From Alphaproteobacteria bacterium (GTDB lineage Bacteria > Pseudomonadota > Alphaproteobacteria > CACIAM-22H2), in assembly GCA_017308135.1 (NCBI GenBank), contig JAFKFM010000010.1, forward strand, positions 46,296-110,295: a DNA stretch of 64,000 nucleotides, written 5' to 3'. Below the pieces are notes generated by a model. The model was not told the origin of the DNA. It saw only the letters and a list, made by a program, of their open reading frames with translations, and did no database searches. A program made the translations under genes and the position numbers. Position 1 is the stretch's first letter, and every line of letters begins with the position of its first letter. This document shows, in pieces, positions 18,941 to 28,774 of the stretch.

Positions 18941-20293
18941 TCAGGGGCCGACCGTCGCGATGTGACAGGGAAAAAGCTCCAGCGGATCGTCGACGGCAAC
19001 CGTGTGGTTGAGAGTCCAGCGATAAGCGGCGCTGGCCCGCAACACCTCGTCGAGCGCGAAGGCCACGGAACCGGCGGTTCCCTTCACATCGGGCAGCCGG
19101 GCATAGAACATCTGGCGCGTGCCCGTCATGCAGACTTCCTCGGCCATCTCGGCCGTCGGCGCGATACCCTGGACCATGACGGCGAGCTCGTGGGCGGGCT
19201 TGTCGCGGTCCGGATCCATCGTGCCCATCACGCCGTCACGCCCATATACCGTGTAGTGCAGCTCATGGTTCGCATTGCCGAAGCGTTCGCGCGCTTGCTG
19301 GCGGGCCCATTCGATGACTTTGTCGACATTGGCGATCGTGTAAGGGTCGCGAATTCCGACGATCCCCACATATCGTTCGCCGATCTTCCCCGCGCCCTCG
19401 AGCTTGACGCGCACGCGCGCCGCCGGCTCGAACTGTGGCCCGGTTACGCGCGTCGTCTTGGGGCCAACCTGTTCGTAGTGGCAAGCACTCATGTCCAAAC
19501 GGCCGCCCGCGACATACTCGTAGAACGGGTTGGATCGCTCGTACATCGCGTGCCCGGCGACCGATGCCACCGTGCAGCGCTGCTCCGGATGCATCGCGGT
19601 GACGCGTACCGCGTCGTCGGTGATCTCGCCCAGAACCGTTTCCTTGCCGCCATAGGGTTCGGCGCAGAACGAGGCGCATTCCAGCACTTTGCCGAGATAG
19701 TAGGATAGCGCCTCCGGATATCCGGCCCGGATCGCAGGCGCCGCGAAGATCGCGCAATCGCTCGAGCGTCCGCCGATGATCACATCGGCGCCCATGTCGA
19801 GCAGTTTGATGAACGGATGGACCCCGGCCATCGCCACCACGCGCTCCGTCGCGTCGAGTTCCGCTTCCGTCAGATTCTCGCGCGCATCCAGGCCGGTGAC
19901 CGGATCGTCCGAGCGCATTTTTCCGCGCAGCCACTCCTTATCCACCTCGGAATAGAAGTATCCGAGTTTGAAAGGCGCGAGTTGGTGCTTGCGCGCCAGC
20001 TCCCGGATGATCCGGACATACATATCCACGCGGCTGTTCGTGCCCGTGTCGCCCGCCGATCCGATGATCATCGGGACGCCCTTGCGCCGCGCGGCGAGCA
20101 ACATCAATTCGAGATCGTGGGTCTGCCAGGCGAGCGGGCTGGTCGAGGTGTCCGAACCGAGCGGTCCCGGCCCCACATCGTCGCTGCCCGAGTCGGCGGC
20201 GATGATATCCGGATCCGCTTCCACGCCGATCGCGAAGCTCGCGGTCTTCGAGGGTGCGAAACCGAGATGTCCATTCGGGCATATGACCTTCAT
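18941..20293 (-). CDS. AtuA-like protein (DUF1446 family), function unknown
   Basis: ~450 aa. Family assignment comes from overall sequence character and conserved synteny with DUF4387. Start taken at MKVICPNGHLGF. Confidence 0.6.
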   Translation of the reverse strand: MKVICPNGHLGFAPSKTASFAIGVEADPDIIAADSGSDDVGPGPLGSDTSTSPLAWQTHDLELMLLAARRKGVPMIIGSAGDTGTNSRVDMYVRIIRELARKHQLAPFKLGYFYSEVDKEWLRGKMRSDDPVTGLDARENLTEAELDATERVVAMAGVHPFIKLLDMGADVIIGGRSSDCAIFAAPAIRAGYPEALSYYLGKVLECASFCAEPYGGKETVLGEITDDAVRVTAMHPEQRCTVASVAGHAMYERSNPFYEYVAGGRLDMSACHYEQVGPKTTRVTGPQFEPAARVRVKLEGAGKIGERYVGIVGIRDPYTIANVDKVIEWARQQARERFGNANHELHYTVYGRDGVMGTMDPDRDKPAHELAVMVQGIAPTAEMAEEVCMTGTRQMFYARLPDVKGTAGSVAFALDEVLRASAAYRWTLNHTVAVDDPLELFPCHIATVGP

Positions 20294-20315
20294 CGAGCGT
20301 GACACGACTGCCTCC

Positions 20316-21350
20316 TCAAGCTTTATCGATGTTCCCGGCATCGGTGAGGCCGAGCCGCTTCATTTGGTGGCGTAGAGCGTGGCGGGTCAGGCGCAGCGAA
20401 GCCGCCGCCCGCGCGACATTGCCGCCCGCGTTCTCCAGCGCCTGCCGGACAAGTTCGCGCTGAAATTGCTGGCTGGCGGCGTGGAAATTGACGGGTGCGT
20501 CGGCGCGCAAACCGGGCATCGCGATGCCTTCGGCCTCCGGCGTCGAAAGCCCCGTCCGCGGCGTCCTGACGTCACGCAGAACGCGGGCTGGAATGTGGCT
20601 CAGTTCGATCCGATCGGCCTCTTCGAGGGCCACGATCCGCTCGAGAAGGTTCTCGAGTTCGCGCACATTGCCGGGCCACCGATAGGCGGTGAAAAGCGCC
20701 TCCACCTCAGCCGAGATCGCCATGGGTGAGCGCTCGTAACGGACACATAGTTCCGCAAGGAAGTGCCGGGCCAGATAGACGATGTCGGCCCCACGCTCGC
20801 GCAGCGGCGGCAGGTTGATCGCGATCACCTGCAGCCGGTAGTAGAGATCCTCGCGGAACCGCCCTTCGCGCACTTCGGCGAACAAGATCCGGTTCGTGGC
20901 GGCTATGAAGCGCACATCGACCGTGATGGGCGCGACCGACCCGATCCGGCGGAATCGCTGCGTATCCATCAAGGTAAGGAGTTTCGCCTGCAGGACCGGA
21001 CTCAACTCGCGAATTTCGTCGAGGAACAGCGTGCCGCCATCGGCCGCCTCGACGAGCCCGATCTTCTTCGTCGTCGCACCTGTGAAGGCGCCGCGCTCGA
21101 AGCCGAACAGCTCGGACTCAACTAGTTCCGCAGGCATCGCGGCGCAATTGATGTCGACGAAGGGCGCACCCGCCCGATTCGACTCTTCGTGAATCGCCCG
21201 GGCGACCAGGCCTTTGCCCGTCCCCGTTTCGCCATAGATCAGAATGGTCCGGGCAGGGCTCCGAGCCGCCTTCCCGATGAGACGCCGCGCATCTTCGATG
21301 GCTGGATGCCGGCCGAGGATCTGTCGGAGCGCAGGAATACTCGGCTTCAT
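20316..21350 (-). CDS. Sigma54-dependent transcriptional activator (EBP) lacking an N-terminal sensory/receiver domain (PspF-like architecture)
   Basis: Walker A GETGTGKG, GAFTGA sigma54-contact motif, Walker B, R-finger, C-terminal Fis-type HTH. Only ~30 aa precede the AAA+ core when the start is taken at MKPSIPALRQ. Confidence 0.85.
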   Translation of the reverse strand: MKPSIPALRQILGRHPAIEDARRLIGKAARSPARTILIYGETGTGKGLVARAIHEESNRAGAPFVDINCAAMPAELVESELFGFERGAFTGATTKKIGLVEAADGGTLFLDEIRELSPVLQAKLLTLMDTQRFRRIGSVAPITVDVRFIAATNRILFAEVREGRFREDLYYRLQVIAINLPPLRERGADIVYLARHFLAELCVRYERSPMAISAEVEALFTAYRWPGNVRELENLLERIVALEEADRIELSHIPARVLRDVRTPRTGLSTPEAEGIAMPGLRADAPVNFHAASQQFQRELVRQALENAGGNVARAAASLRLTRHALRHQMKRLGLTDAGNIDKA

Positions 21351-22432
21351 ACGCGTGCCTCGCGCGTCAACGTACGAAGATCCGCGACTTCTCTTGGCGA
21401 TTGGCAGGGCGCGCCTCGGGAGAACAGAATTGCTAGGTCGATCGTCCGGTAAACGACGGTCGATACGGTATGGGATCCGTCTTCCCCGCCGTGACGGCAA
21501 AGTCCCTCACGCCGCTCGTCGCCATGATCGGCCATCGCGCGCATGATCGTTTCGGGCTCATCCGGGGCGCCCCCGGCGCCGAGCATCGCGCCCAGCGTTT
21601 CGCGCCGTCCAAGAGTCGATCTGAGCGCGGCGGGCGAAAGACGGGAGCGAACGGTGTCCGGATTCTCGCACCAGAAATGATTGCTGCGGAAGGCGGGCGC
21701 ATGCCGCGAGATTCGCGCGCCGTCATGGAGCAGTTCGACCACCGCCACGTCGCCGCTTGCATCGGCTAGGATCAGACTGCCGCCGCCAGCATGGCGTAAG
21801 GCTGCGATCGTTGCGCAGACTTCCTCCACGTTACTGCAGGAATTCAAAAGCCGCGTCATGAGGAAATAGCGAAGCCAGCCGATGCCGTGCGTTGGCGCTT
21901 GGATCGACGTGTCGGCCAGCGCAAGTCCGGCCGCATTCATCCCGGATGAATAAGCGCCCGGCGCTCCCAGTGTTCCCACGCAGAAGAAGGGGCCTCCGGC
22001 AGACTTTGGATCGACATGGAGGAACGTTTCCTGCCCGTCGCGGTGCGGACCGGAGAGGTCCCGGTTCTTGGCCAGCACCGCGCCGCCGGCGGGGGACGGC
22101 CGCGCCCACGCCGAACACCCGTCGGTCTCGTGGATCCCCGAAAGGTTTGACAGGTGAAACAGCGCGAACACCTGGTCTTCGTCGATGCGGAAGCCTTCGC
22201 AAATGCCCCGCATCTCCGCAAGCTCTGGCGCGGCGTGCTCTTCGGCGAACGCCCGTTGTTGCGCGAGGTAGCGTCGCGCCGATACGGTCTCGAGCACCGA
22301 GCGGGCGGCGGAATGGCGTTGCGCCACGGTCGAAGCCACGGCCGCTGCATCGACACCGTGCAAGCGCGACTGGGCAAGCCCCCGCGTATAGGCATCGCCG
22401 GTCAAGACGCGTGGATGCAGAGGTTTCGTCAT
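21347..22432 (-). CDS. C45-family Ntn-hydrolase (acyl-CoA:6-aminopenicillanic-acid acyltransferase / linear-amide hydrolase-like)
   Basis: ETDGCSAWA region fits the autoproteolytic N-terminal-nucleophile Cys of the AAT/C45 family; 361 aa. Confidence 0.65.
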   Translation of the reverse strand: MTKPLHPRVLTGDAYTRGLAQSRLHGVDAAAVASTVAQRHSAARSVLETVSARRYLAQQRAFAEEHAAPELAEMRGICEGFRIDEDQVFALFHLSNLSGIHETDGCSAWARPSPAGGAVLAKNRDLSGPHRDGQETFLHVDPKSAGGPFFCVGTLGAPGAYSSGMNAAGLALADTSIQAPTHGIGWLRYFLMTRLLNSCSNVEEVCATIAALRHAGGGSLILADASGDVAVVELLHDGARISRHAPAFRSNHFWCENPDTVRSRLSPAALRSTLGRRETLGAMLGAGGAPDEPETIMRAMADHGDERREGLCRHGGEDGSHTVSTVVYRTIDLAILFSRGAPCQSPREVADLRTLTREARV

Positions 22433-23430
22433 GGTGTCTGTCCGTGCAGATGGCAGGCGACGTTATGTCCGGGCCCCATGTTCGTGATCGACGGCGCCTG
22501 CGTCGCGCAGATCGGCATCGCGTTCGGACACCGCGTATGGAATCGGCAGCCGGACGGCGGGGAAAGCGGTGAGGGAAGGTCGCCCGTCAGCCGCAGCCGC
22601 TCGGTGGTATCGCCCCTCTTCAGACGGGGTGCGGCGGCGATCAATGCCCGCGTGTAGGGGTGTGCGGGCGATCCGAGGATGGCGTCGCGCGGACCGATTT
22701 CGACGATCTCGCCGAGATACATCACCGCGATCCTGTCGGCGAGGCGTCCCACAACCGCGAGGTCGTGACTGATGAACAGATAGGTGAGGCCGAACTCCTG
22801 CCGGAATCCGAGGAGAAGCTCGAGAATCTGCGCCTGGACCGACACGTCGAGCGCCGATACCGGCTCGTCGCACACGACGAATTCAGGCTTGAGGATCAAC
22901 GCGCGGGCGATCCCGATGCGCTGCCGCTGACCGCCGGAGAATTGGTGCGGATAACGGCGCAGATGGTCGGGCGAGAGCCCGACCTTCGGCAGAAATGACG
23001 CTGCTCGTTGTTCCGCCTCGCGCGACTTCGCGCCCTCGTGCAGCCGGATGGGCAAGCCCACAATCTCGCCGACCGAGCGACGCGGGTTGAGCGAAGCGTA
23101 GGGGTCCTGGAAAATGATCTGCATGCGGCGCCGATACGGCCGGAATACCTCGTCCGGCATCCGCGAGATCGAAACGCCGTCAAACGTCACTTCTCCCGCG
23201 TCGGCCCTATGCAGGTTGAGTACGGTGCGCCCGAGCGTCGACTTGCCGCAACCGGACTCCCCGATCAAACCCAGAGTCTCGCCGCGTGCGATGGAGAAGC
23301 TGACTCCGCTCAAGGCACGAACCAATACCGGCGGACGGCGTGCGATCCGCTCCAGCAAGGGGGTGGCGAGCGGGAAGGCTTTCGTCACCGACGCCGCGGT
23401 CAACAGTGGGGCATTCGCGACCTCAGACAT
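22429..23430 (-). CDS. Peptide/nickel-type ABC transporter ATP-binding protein (DppF/OppF-like)
   Basis: GESGCGKST Walker [16 protein letters not shown] signature, and the C-terminal oligopeptide-ABC extension with HPYTR. Confidence 0.9.
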   Translation of the reverse strand: MSEVANAPLLTAASVTKAFPLATPLLERIARRPPVLVRALSGVSFSIARGETLGLIGESGCGKSTLGRTVLNLHRADAGEVTFDGVSISRMPDEVFRPYRRRMQIIFQDPYASLNPRRSVGEIVGLPIRLHEGAKSREAEQRAASFLPKVGLSPDHLRRYPHQFSGGQRQRIGIARALILKPEFVVCDEPVSALDVSVQAQILELLLGFRQEFGLTYLFISHDLAVVGRLADRIAVMYLGEIVEIGPRDAILGSPAHPYTRALIAAAPRLKRGDTTERLRLTGDLPSPLSPPSGCRFHTRCPNAMPICATQAPSITNMGPGHNVACHLHGQTP

Positions 23431-24418
23431 TGCCGATCTCCAATGCCCGCAGGCACCGCGACTGGCGGTCGTCGTTCGGCCGCGCGAGAGCGACGGGAAC
23501 GCGACAGGTTTCCAGCGCCATGTCGCAGCGATCGAGGAATCGGCAATGTGCCGGCAGGCTCGTCGCTGCCGGAACCTGCCCCGGAATTGGACGGATGGGT
23601 TGGTCCAGCGTGTCGAGGCTGGGCATCGACCGCAGTAATCCTCGGGTGTACGGATGCATCGGCCGGTCGATCACCGCCGCCGTCCGTCCTTGTTCCACGA
23701 CCTGTCCGGCATACATCACCATCACGCGGTCGGCCTGCTCGGCGACCACGCCGAGATCGTGGGTGATGAGGATGACGCTCATTCCCAGTTCGGCGCGAAG
23801 ATCCCGGATCAGATCCAGCACCTGGGCCTGGATCGTCACGTCGAGCGCGGTTGTCGGCTCGTCGGCGATCAATAGGCGCGGACGGCAGGCGAGCGCCGTG
23901 GCGATCATGATGCGTTGGCGCATACCCCCAGAGAACTGGTGGGGGTAATCGTCGAGCCGCGCCGCGGCGGCCGGAATGCCGACAAGCCGCAGCATGTCGA
24001 TCGCCTTGCTGCGCGCCTCATCCGTCGAGCGTGCGCGCCCGTGGGCGAGCATCACCTCTGTGATCTGCGTGGCGACGGTAAAGCCGGGATTCAGCGCGGT
24101 CAGCGCATCCTGCATCGTGATCGCGATGTCTCGTCCGCGGATCGCACGTCGCTGTCCTTCGTCGAGCGACAGAAGGTCGACGCCGTCGAACCGGAGCATT
24201 CGCGCCACGACGCGGCCCGGCGGCCGGACGAGACCAAGCACGCTGAGAAAGGTGACGCTCTTCCCCGATCCCGATTCGCCGACAACACCGAGGCATTCGC
24301 CGGCGTGGACCGTCAGCGACACGTCGTCGACTGCTTCGACGAGACCGGCGCGGGTCGGGAAGGTCGTCCGCAGACCCTCGACGACGAGCAGCGGGCTCCG
24401 GTCGGGCGTCCCGTTCAT
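23423..24418 (-). CDS. Peptide/nickel-type ABC transporter ATP-binding protein (DppD/OppD-like)
   Basis: [10 protein letters not shown] Walker [16 protein letters not shown] signature. Start taken at [16 protein letters not shown]. Confidence 0.9.
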   Translation of the reverse strand: MNGTPDRSPLLVVEGLRTTFPTRAGLVEAVDDVSLTVHAGECLGVVGESGSGKSVTFLSVLGLVRPPGRVVARMLRFDGVDLLSLDEGQRRAIRGRDIAITMQDALTALNPGFTVATQITEVMLAHGRARSTDEARSKAIDMLRLVGIPAAAARLDDYPHQFSGGMRQRIMIATALACRPRLLIADEPTTALDVTIQAQVLDLIRDLRAELGMSVILITHDLGVVAEQADRVMVMYAGQVVEQGRTAAVIDRPMHPYTRGLLRSMPSLDTLDQPIRPIPGQVPAATSLPAHCRFLDRCDMALETCRVPVALARPNDDRQSRCLRALEIGNV

Positions 24419-25302
24419 TCCTGGATCCTTGGATCGAAGGAGTCGCGCAGCGCTTGGCTGACCACATTGATCGCCATGACCAGCAGCAGGATCGCGATGC
24501 CGGGAAATGTCGATACCCACCACGCGTCGATCAGAAACTCGCGCCCGTCTGCCACCATCGATCCCCAGGAGGCCGTCGGCGGCTGCACGCCAAGTCCCAA
24601 AAAGGAAAGACTGGCTTCCAGAATGATCACGTGAGCGACGCGCACCGTGGCGACGACGACGACGGGCGACACGATGTTGGGCAGGATCTCACGCAGCATG
24701 ATGTGCGCGCGCGACGCGCCGAGCGACTTCGCGGCTTCGACATATTCGATCTCGCGTGCCGCCAGCGTCTCGCCGCGAACGATGCGGCATGGAACGACCC
24801 ATTCCTTGTAGACGAGCGCCAGCACGATGTTCTGCAAGCCCGGGCCCATCATCGCCATCAGGCCGATGGCGAAGATGAGATAGGGGAAGCCCAGCAGGAT
24901 ATTGACGACGCCCGAAATAAGGGTATCGACCCAGCCGCGCAGGTAGCCGGCGGCCAAACCGGCGACAATTCCGGTTATCGTCGCGATCAGTACCACGATC
25001 GCGCCGACGAGAATCGATACGCGTGCACCGTAGATCAACCGCGATAGGATATCCCGCCCCAGCGCGTCGCACCCCAGGGGAAATGCCCATTCTCCCCCCA
25101 GCCACGCCGGCGGCTGGAGACGACGAAACAAATCGGCTTCACCGGGATCATGCGGCGCGATCCACGGCGCGAACGCCGCGGCGAACACGAACAGCAGCGT
25201 GATGCCGGCGGCCCACAGCGCAAGATGATTCTCGCGGAAGCGGGCGACTCCGAGTTGCAGCGGAGATTCCGCGTCGCGGGCGAGGACGGCGCCAGCGCTC
25301 AC
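24415..25302 (-). CDS. Peptide/nickel-type ABC transporter permease (DppC-like)
   Basis: GTG start at 25302 overlaps the dppB stop (GTGA) and is preceded by a GAGGG RBS. 296-aa polytopic permease. Confidence 0.8.
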   Translation of the reverse strand: MSAGAVLARDAESPLQLGVARFRENHLALWAAGITLLFVFAAAFAPWIAPHDPGEADLFRRLQPPAWLGGEWAFPLGCDALGRDILSRLIYGARVSILVGAIVVLIATITGIVAGLAAGYLRGWVDTLISGVVNILLGFPYLIFAIGLMAMMGPGLQNIVLALVYKEWVVPCRIVRGETLAAREIEYVEAAKSLGASRAHIMLREILPNIVSPVVVVATVRVAHVIILEASLSFLGLGVQPPTASWGSMVADGREFLIDAWWVSTFPGIAILLLVMAINVVSQALRDSFDPRIQE

Positions 25303-26306
25303 AACCGGACCCTCGGGTTGAGCTTGGTGTAGAGCAGATCCGCGAGGAAGTTCAGCATCACATAGGTCACCGCATAGAGCAGCACGGCGGCCTGAACGAG
25401 CGGATAGTTGCGGCTGAAGATGGCCTCGACGACGAGCCGCCCCAAGCCGGGCCACCCGAAAACCGTTTCGACGATCATGTTGCCGCCGAGTAGCGATCCG
25501 GTCTCAAGCGCCGCGACCGTCACTGTCGGGATCAACGCGTTTTTCAGAGCGTGCCGGCCGATGACCCGCGCGCGGCTCAGTCCCTTCGCCTCGGCGAACA
25601 AGACGTAATCCGACCGGAGCACCTCGATCATCGAGGAGCGGGTCACGCGCATGAGCACGGCGGCCATCGGCAGCGCGAGCGTCACGGCGGGAAGCGCGAT
25701 ATGTCGTAGCGCCTGCCAAAAGCTATCGAATCGCCCCGCTAACAGCGCGTCGGGCAGAAGCATCCCGGTTATCGCGGGTACCTCGCTCGCGTAACCGATG
25801 CGGCCCGCCACGGGGAACCATCCCAGCTTCACCGAGAATAGAAGGATCAGCAGAATTCCGAACCAGAATCCCGGCATCGAGACACCGAAGAGCGAGGACA
25901 CGGTCGCCAGCCGGTCGAGCCAGGAGTTCTTCCGGACCGCCGCAAGAACACCGAGCGGGATCGCGATGACGAGCGACAAGACGAGGGCCGCGAGGGTCAA
26001 CTCGATCGTCGCCGGAAGCCTTTCTCCGATCACCTCAATCACCGGCCGGCGATGAAAGAACGACAGTCCGAACTCGCCGCGTGCCGCATTTCCGATGAAC
26101 AGCACGAACCGCTCGTGGAGTGGACGGTCCAGTCCCATGTCGTGGCGCAGCGCGGCTTCCTGTTCGGGCGAGGAGCGCGAGTCACCAAGCATGATCTGCA
26201 CCGGGTCGCCGGGCGTGAGCGTGATCATCAGGAAGACGATCACGCTCACACCGAGCAGAACCGGAACGAGGCCGATCAGTCGCTCGACCAGTCGCGCCAT
26301 TCGCAT
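25299..26306 (-). CDS. Peptide/nickel-type ABC transporter permease (DppB-like)
   Basis: 335 aa. N-terminal MRMARLVERLIGLVPVLLGVSVIVFLMITLTPGDP is typical of DppB/OppB. Confidence 0.9.
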   Translation of the reverse strand: MRMARLVERLIGLVPVLLGVSVIVFLMITLTPGDPVQIMLGDSRSSPEQEAALRHDMGLDRPLHERFVLFIGNAARGEFGLSFFHRRPVIEVIGERLPATIELTLAALVLSLVIAIPLGVLAAVRKNSWLDRLATVSSLFGVSMPGFWFGILLILLFSVKLGWFPVAGRIGYASEVPAITGMLLPDALLAGRFDSFWQALRHIALPAVTLALPMAAVLMRVTRSSMIEVLRSDYVLFAEAKGLSRARVIGRHALKNALIPTVTVAALETGSLLGGNMIVETVFGWPGLGRLVVEAIFSRNYPLVQAAVLLYAVTYVMLNFLADLLYTKLNPRVRL

Positions 26307-26336
26307 CGAAGTGAACCCGCCTTTCGAAGCGCCGCG

Positions 26337-27914
26337 TTAGTCGACGCTCGCGTCATGCAGGTTGATGCGCGAATCGGCCGAAGGCGACCAGCCCTTCAGG
26401 CGCTTCGAAACGCCGTAGAGATCCTGCGGCAGCCACAGGAAAATCCACGGCGCCTGCGCGTTCACGATCACTTGCGCCTCCTTGTACATATCCGCCCGCT
26501 TGGCGGGGTCGGCTTCCGTTTCGGCCGCGTCGAGCAACGTATCCACCCTCGCGTTCGAGAAGCCGGCATAGTTTCCGCGCCCTTTGGTGCGCAGCGTCGG
26601 GACCATGATGTCCGAGGGGTCGAGCGCCCCGTTGCCCCACGAGGTCAGATAGGCGTCACGCTCCGCGCGTTTGTCGGCGGTAGCCCACATCGGCGAGATT
26701 ACGGCGCCTTCCCACACCTGAACTTTGGCCCTGATATTCGAGCGGCCCATAAGTGCTGCGATCGCTTCGGCCGTCGATTTGAACGCGCCGGTCGTGTCGA
26801 TGGTGAACTCGATGCCGTTCGGATAGCCCGCTTCGGCAAGCAGCTTCTTCGCCTGTTCGGGATCGTATTTGTACTCGGGCAACGCGCTGTTGAAAGCGAA
26901 CGCGTCGGGGCTCATGACGCCGTTGAGCGCGGTCGCCTTGCCCTCGAGAATCCGGTCGATGATGAGCTTGCGGTCGACCGCGTGATTGAGCGCCTTGCGA
27001 ACGCGCGGGTCGTCGAACGGCTTGCGCGCCATGTTCAGCGCCACAAAGAACGTGCGGGTGCCGTTCACGGCCATGACTTTTGCACGGTCGCTCGCCTCGA
27101 CCTGCCGGATCGACGAAGCCGGCAACTCGTTGATGATGTCGACTTCGCCGGCCAGCAGCGCCGCGACGCGCGACGCGTTCTCCGGGATGATTTTGAAGAT
27201 GACGCGATCCGGCTTCGCGGGGCCGACGGGCGGAATCGCCGACGAACCGCCATAGTAGTTCGGATCGCGCGCCATGATGATGGAATCACCGCGGCGCCAT
27301 TCCACCAGCTTGTACGGGCCGGGGCAGTCGACGCTCGTCGCCAGCGCGGCATCGCCGACCTTCTTCGCGTGTGCCTCGGAGACCATCTCCTGGAACGGCA
27401 GCATGGCCGGCAGGATCGCCCACGGCGCCGACAGCTTCAGGCGCAGGGTCCGCGCATCGACGATTTCGGTATCCGACAATGGCCCAAGCAGGCTTTGGCG
27501 CGGGCTGGTCTGGCCGCCCATGGCGTTCGGCTTGGTGAGCCGATCCAGGTTGAACTTCACGTCCGATGCCGTGAAGGGCGCGCCGGAGTGGGATTTCACA
27601 CCCTCGCGGATTTTGAACTCCCAAGTCTTTTCGTCGATCTGCCGGTAGGACTCGGCAATTTCTGGAACGACCTTCATCGCCGCGTCGCGGGTCAGCAGAC
27701 CGTCGCACATATTGCGAATGATGGTCTCCGTTTCCCTGTTGCGATGATTGGCCGGATCCAGCGTCTGCGCGTCCTGGCTGAAACCGACGCGAATTTCTCC
27801 GCCGGCATGGGCTCCGCCAGCGGCCGCGATCGTTGCGATACCAATGCCGCCGAGGAGCATCATCATCGGCTTCAGCGCAGTGGCATGCTTTGTCTTGTGA
27901 TGTGCGACAGCCAT
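26337..27914 (-). CDS. ABC substrate-binding protein, family 5 (DppA/OppA-like)
   Basis: Start at MAVAHHKTKHATALKPMMMLLGG (cat at 27912-27914), preceded by an AGGGAGGC RBS. Signal peptide, ~525 aa family-5 SBP. Confidence 0.85.
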   Translation of the reverse strand: MAVAHHKTKHATALKPMMMLLGGIGIATIAAAGGAHAGGEIRVGFSQDAQTLDPANHRNRETETIIRNMCDGLLTRDAAMKVVPEIAESYRQIDEKTWEFKIREGVKSHSGAPFTASDVKFNLDRLTKPNAMGGQTSPRQSLLGPLSDTEIVDARTLRLKLSAPWAILPAMLPFQEMVSEAHAKKVGDAALATSVDCPGPYKLVEWRRGDSIIMARDPNYYGGSSAIPPVGPAKPDRVIFKIIPENASRVAALLAGEVDIINELPASSIRQVEASDRAKVMAVNGTRTFFVALNMARKPFDDPRVRKALNHAVDRKLIIDRILEGKATALNGVMSPDAFAFNSALPEYKYDPEQAKKLLAEAGYPNGIEFTIDTTGAFKSTAEAIAALMGRSNIRAKVQVWEGAVISPMWATADKRAERDAYLTSWGNGALDPSDIMVPTLRTKGRGNYAGFSNARVDTLLDAAETEADPAKRADMYKEAQVIVNAQAPWIFLWLPQDLYGVSKRLKGWSPSADSRINLHDASVD

Positions 27915-27972
27915 CTTTGTGCCTCCCTGTTTGACGAATGTGTTGCCGACCCTGTGTCTCGGCCTCGACAAT

Positions 27973-27988
27973 CGCAAGCGCTGTGCCA
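27973..27988 (-). promoter_or_regulatory. Sigma54 (RpoN) promoter: TGGCAC-agcgc-TTGCG on minus strand
   Basis: The minus-strand reading gives the canonical -24 GG / -12 GC elements with the correct 5-nt spacing, ~60-75 nt upstream of the dppA start. The operon it drives encodes its own EBP. Confidence 0.6.
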
Positions 27989-28058
27989 TCGCTGTGTTGG
28001 GGAATAAACGTTGAATTCCAAATAATTGATCAATCTTGATCGCAACATTCTTCTTCTT

Positions 28059-28098
28059 TTGCGTGATATTCACGCGGATTTGCGTGAGATTAGCGCAA
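28059..28098. promoter_or_regulatory. Candidate EBP upstream activator sites: TTGCGTGA-tat-TCACGC palindrome plus second TTGCGTGAGATTAGCGCAA
   Basis: Two TTGCGTGA half-sites and inverted partners lie 70-110 bp upstream of the sigma54 -24/-12 element. This is the usual geometry for EBP binding. Confidence 0.4.
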
Positions 28099-28564
28099 TA
28101 GATGAGAGCCGTCGCCCAGCTTATCGGACCTCGATGTTGCTATCCCACAGCGCGCAGTTGCCAGAGCCGCGTTGGGGCAGAACGATCGGCAATAGTGCCT
28201 TCTGTCAGCGCCAATAGGACAGTCTGAGTATTTTGCGAGATGGCAGGTTTTGGGCTCATCGTAGCCTTTGAAAGGAACGAGGATGAGACCCGTGAGGTGA
28301 ACGCCGCCGAACGGCATGGCCGTGCGTTCCGCCGAAGTTCAAGATGGACTCGTCGGAAGAGAATATCCGAACAGAGATCTCGGTTTCGCGCGGCAAGCAT
28401 CAAATTGCGAAGCTGCGCCGGCAGTCAAGCAATGCGCCGGAGAAGTTTCCCAGGCGACGAAAAAAAGGAATGCTGAGCTAGGCGTAAACTTCGCGAAGGT
28501 CTCGGAGGACAGAATCCGGCGGGCGCTAGTGTCGCCCGCCGGTTCCGAGTTTTATGCGCCGTCT

Positions 28565-28774
28565 TCAGCCGCCGAAACCGAAGCCGGGCGGCATGTCGGT
28601 CAGTTCGATGCCGAAGGGCTTCAGGCTGTCCAGGATCCAGGTCTGGTTGTTGCCGATGCGGCGATTGTATTCGGCCCAAGCCGACACGAAGCTTTTGAAA
28701 ACTTCGTCGCCCTTATAGTTTACCGCGATCACCGAGGGCGTCGAAAGCTCGTCCGTGGTGACCTGCCTCGACGG
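28565..28774 (-). pseudogene. Orphan C-terminal gene remnant (...VIAVNYKGDEVFKSFVSAWAEYNRRIGNNQTWILDSLKPFGIELTDMPPGFGFGG*) followed by GC hairpin 28515..28541
   Basis: Genome-typical GC3-rich codon usage over ~60 codons with no ATG. Its frame is bounded by stops and it abuts the truncated tctA on the opposite strand. Confidence 0.25.

Noticed and set aside
26052-28007. 651-aa + strand ORF
   Set aside because: It is antisense to dppA and dppB, with no recognisable domain. The minus strand encodes the SBP with signal peptide and RBS.
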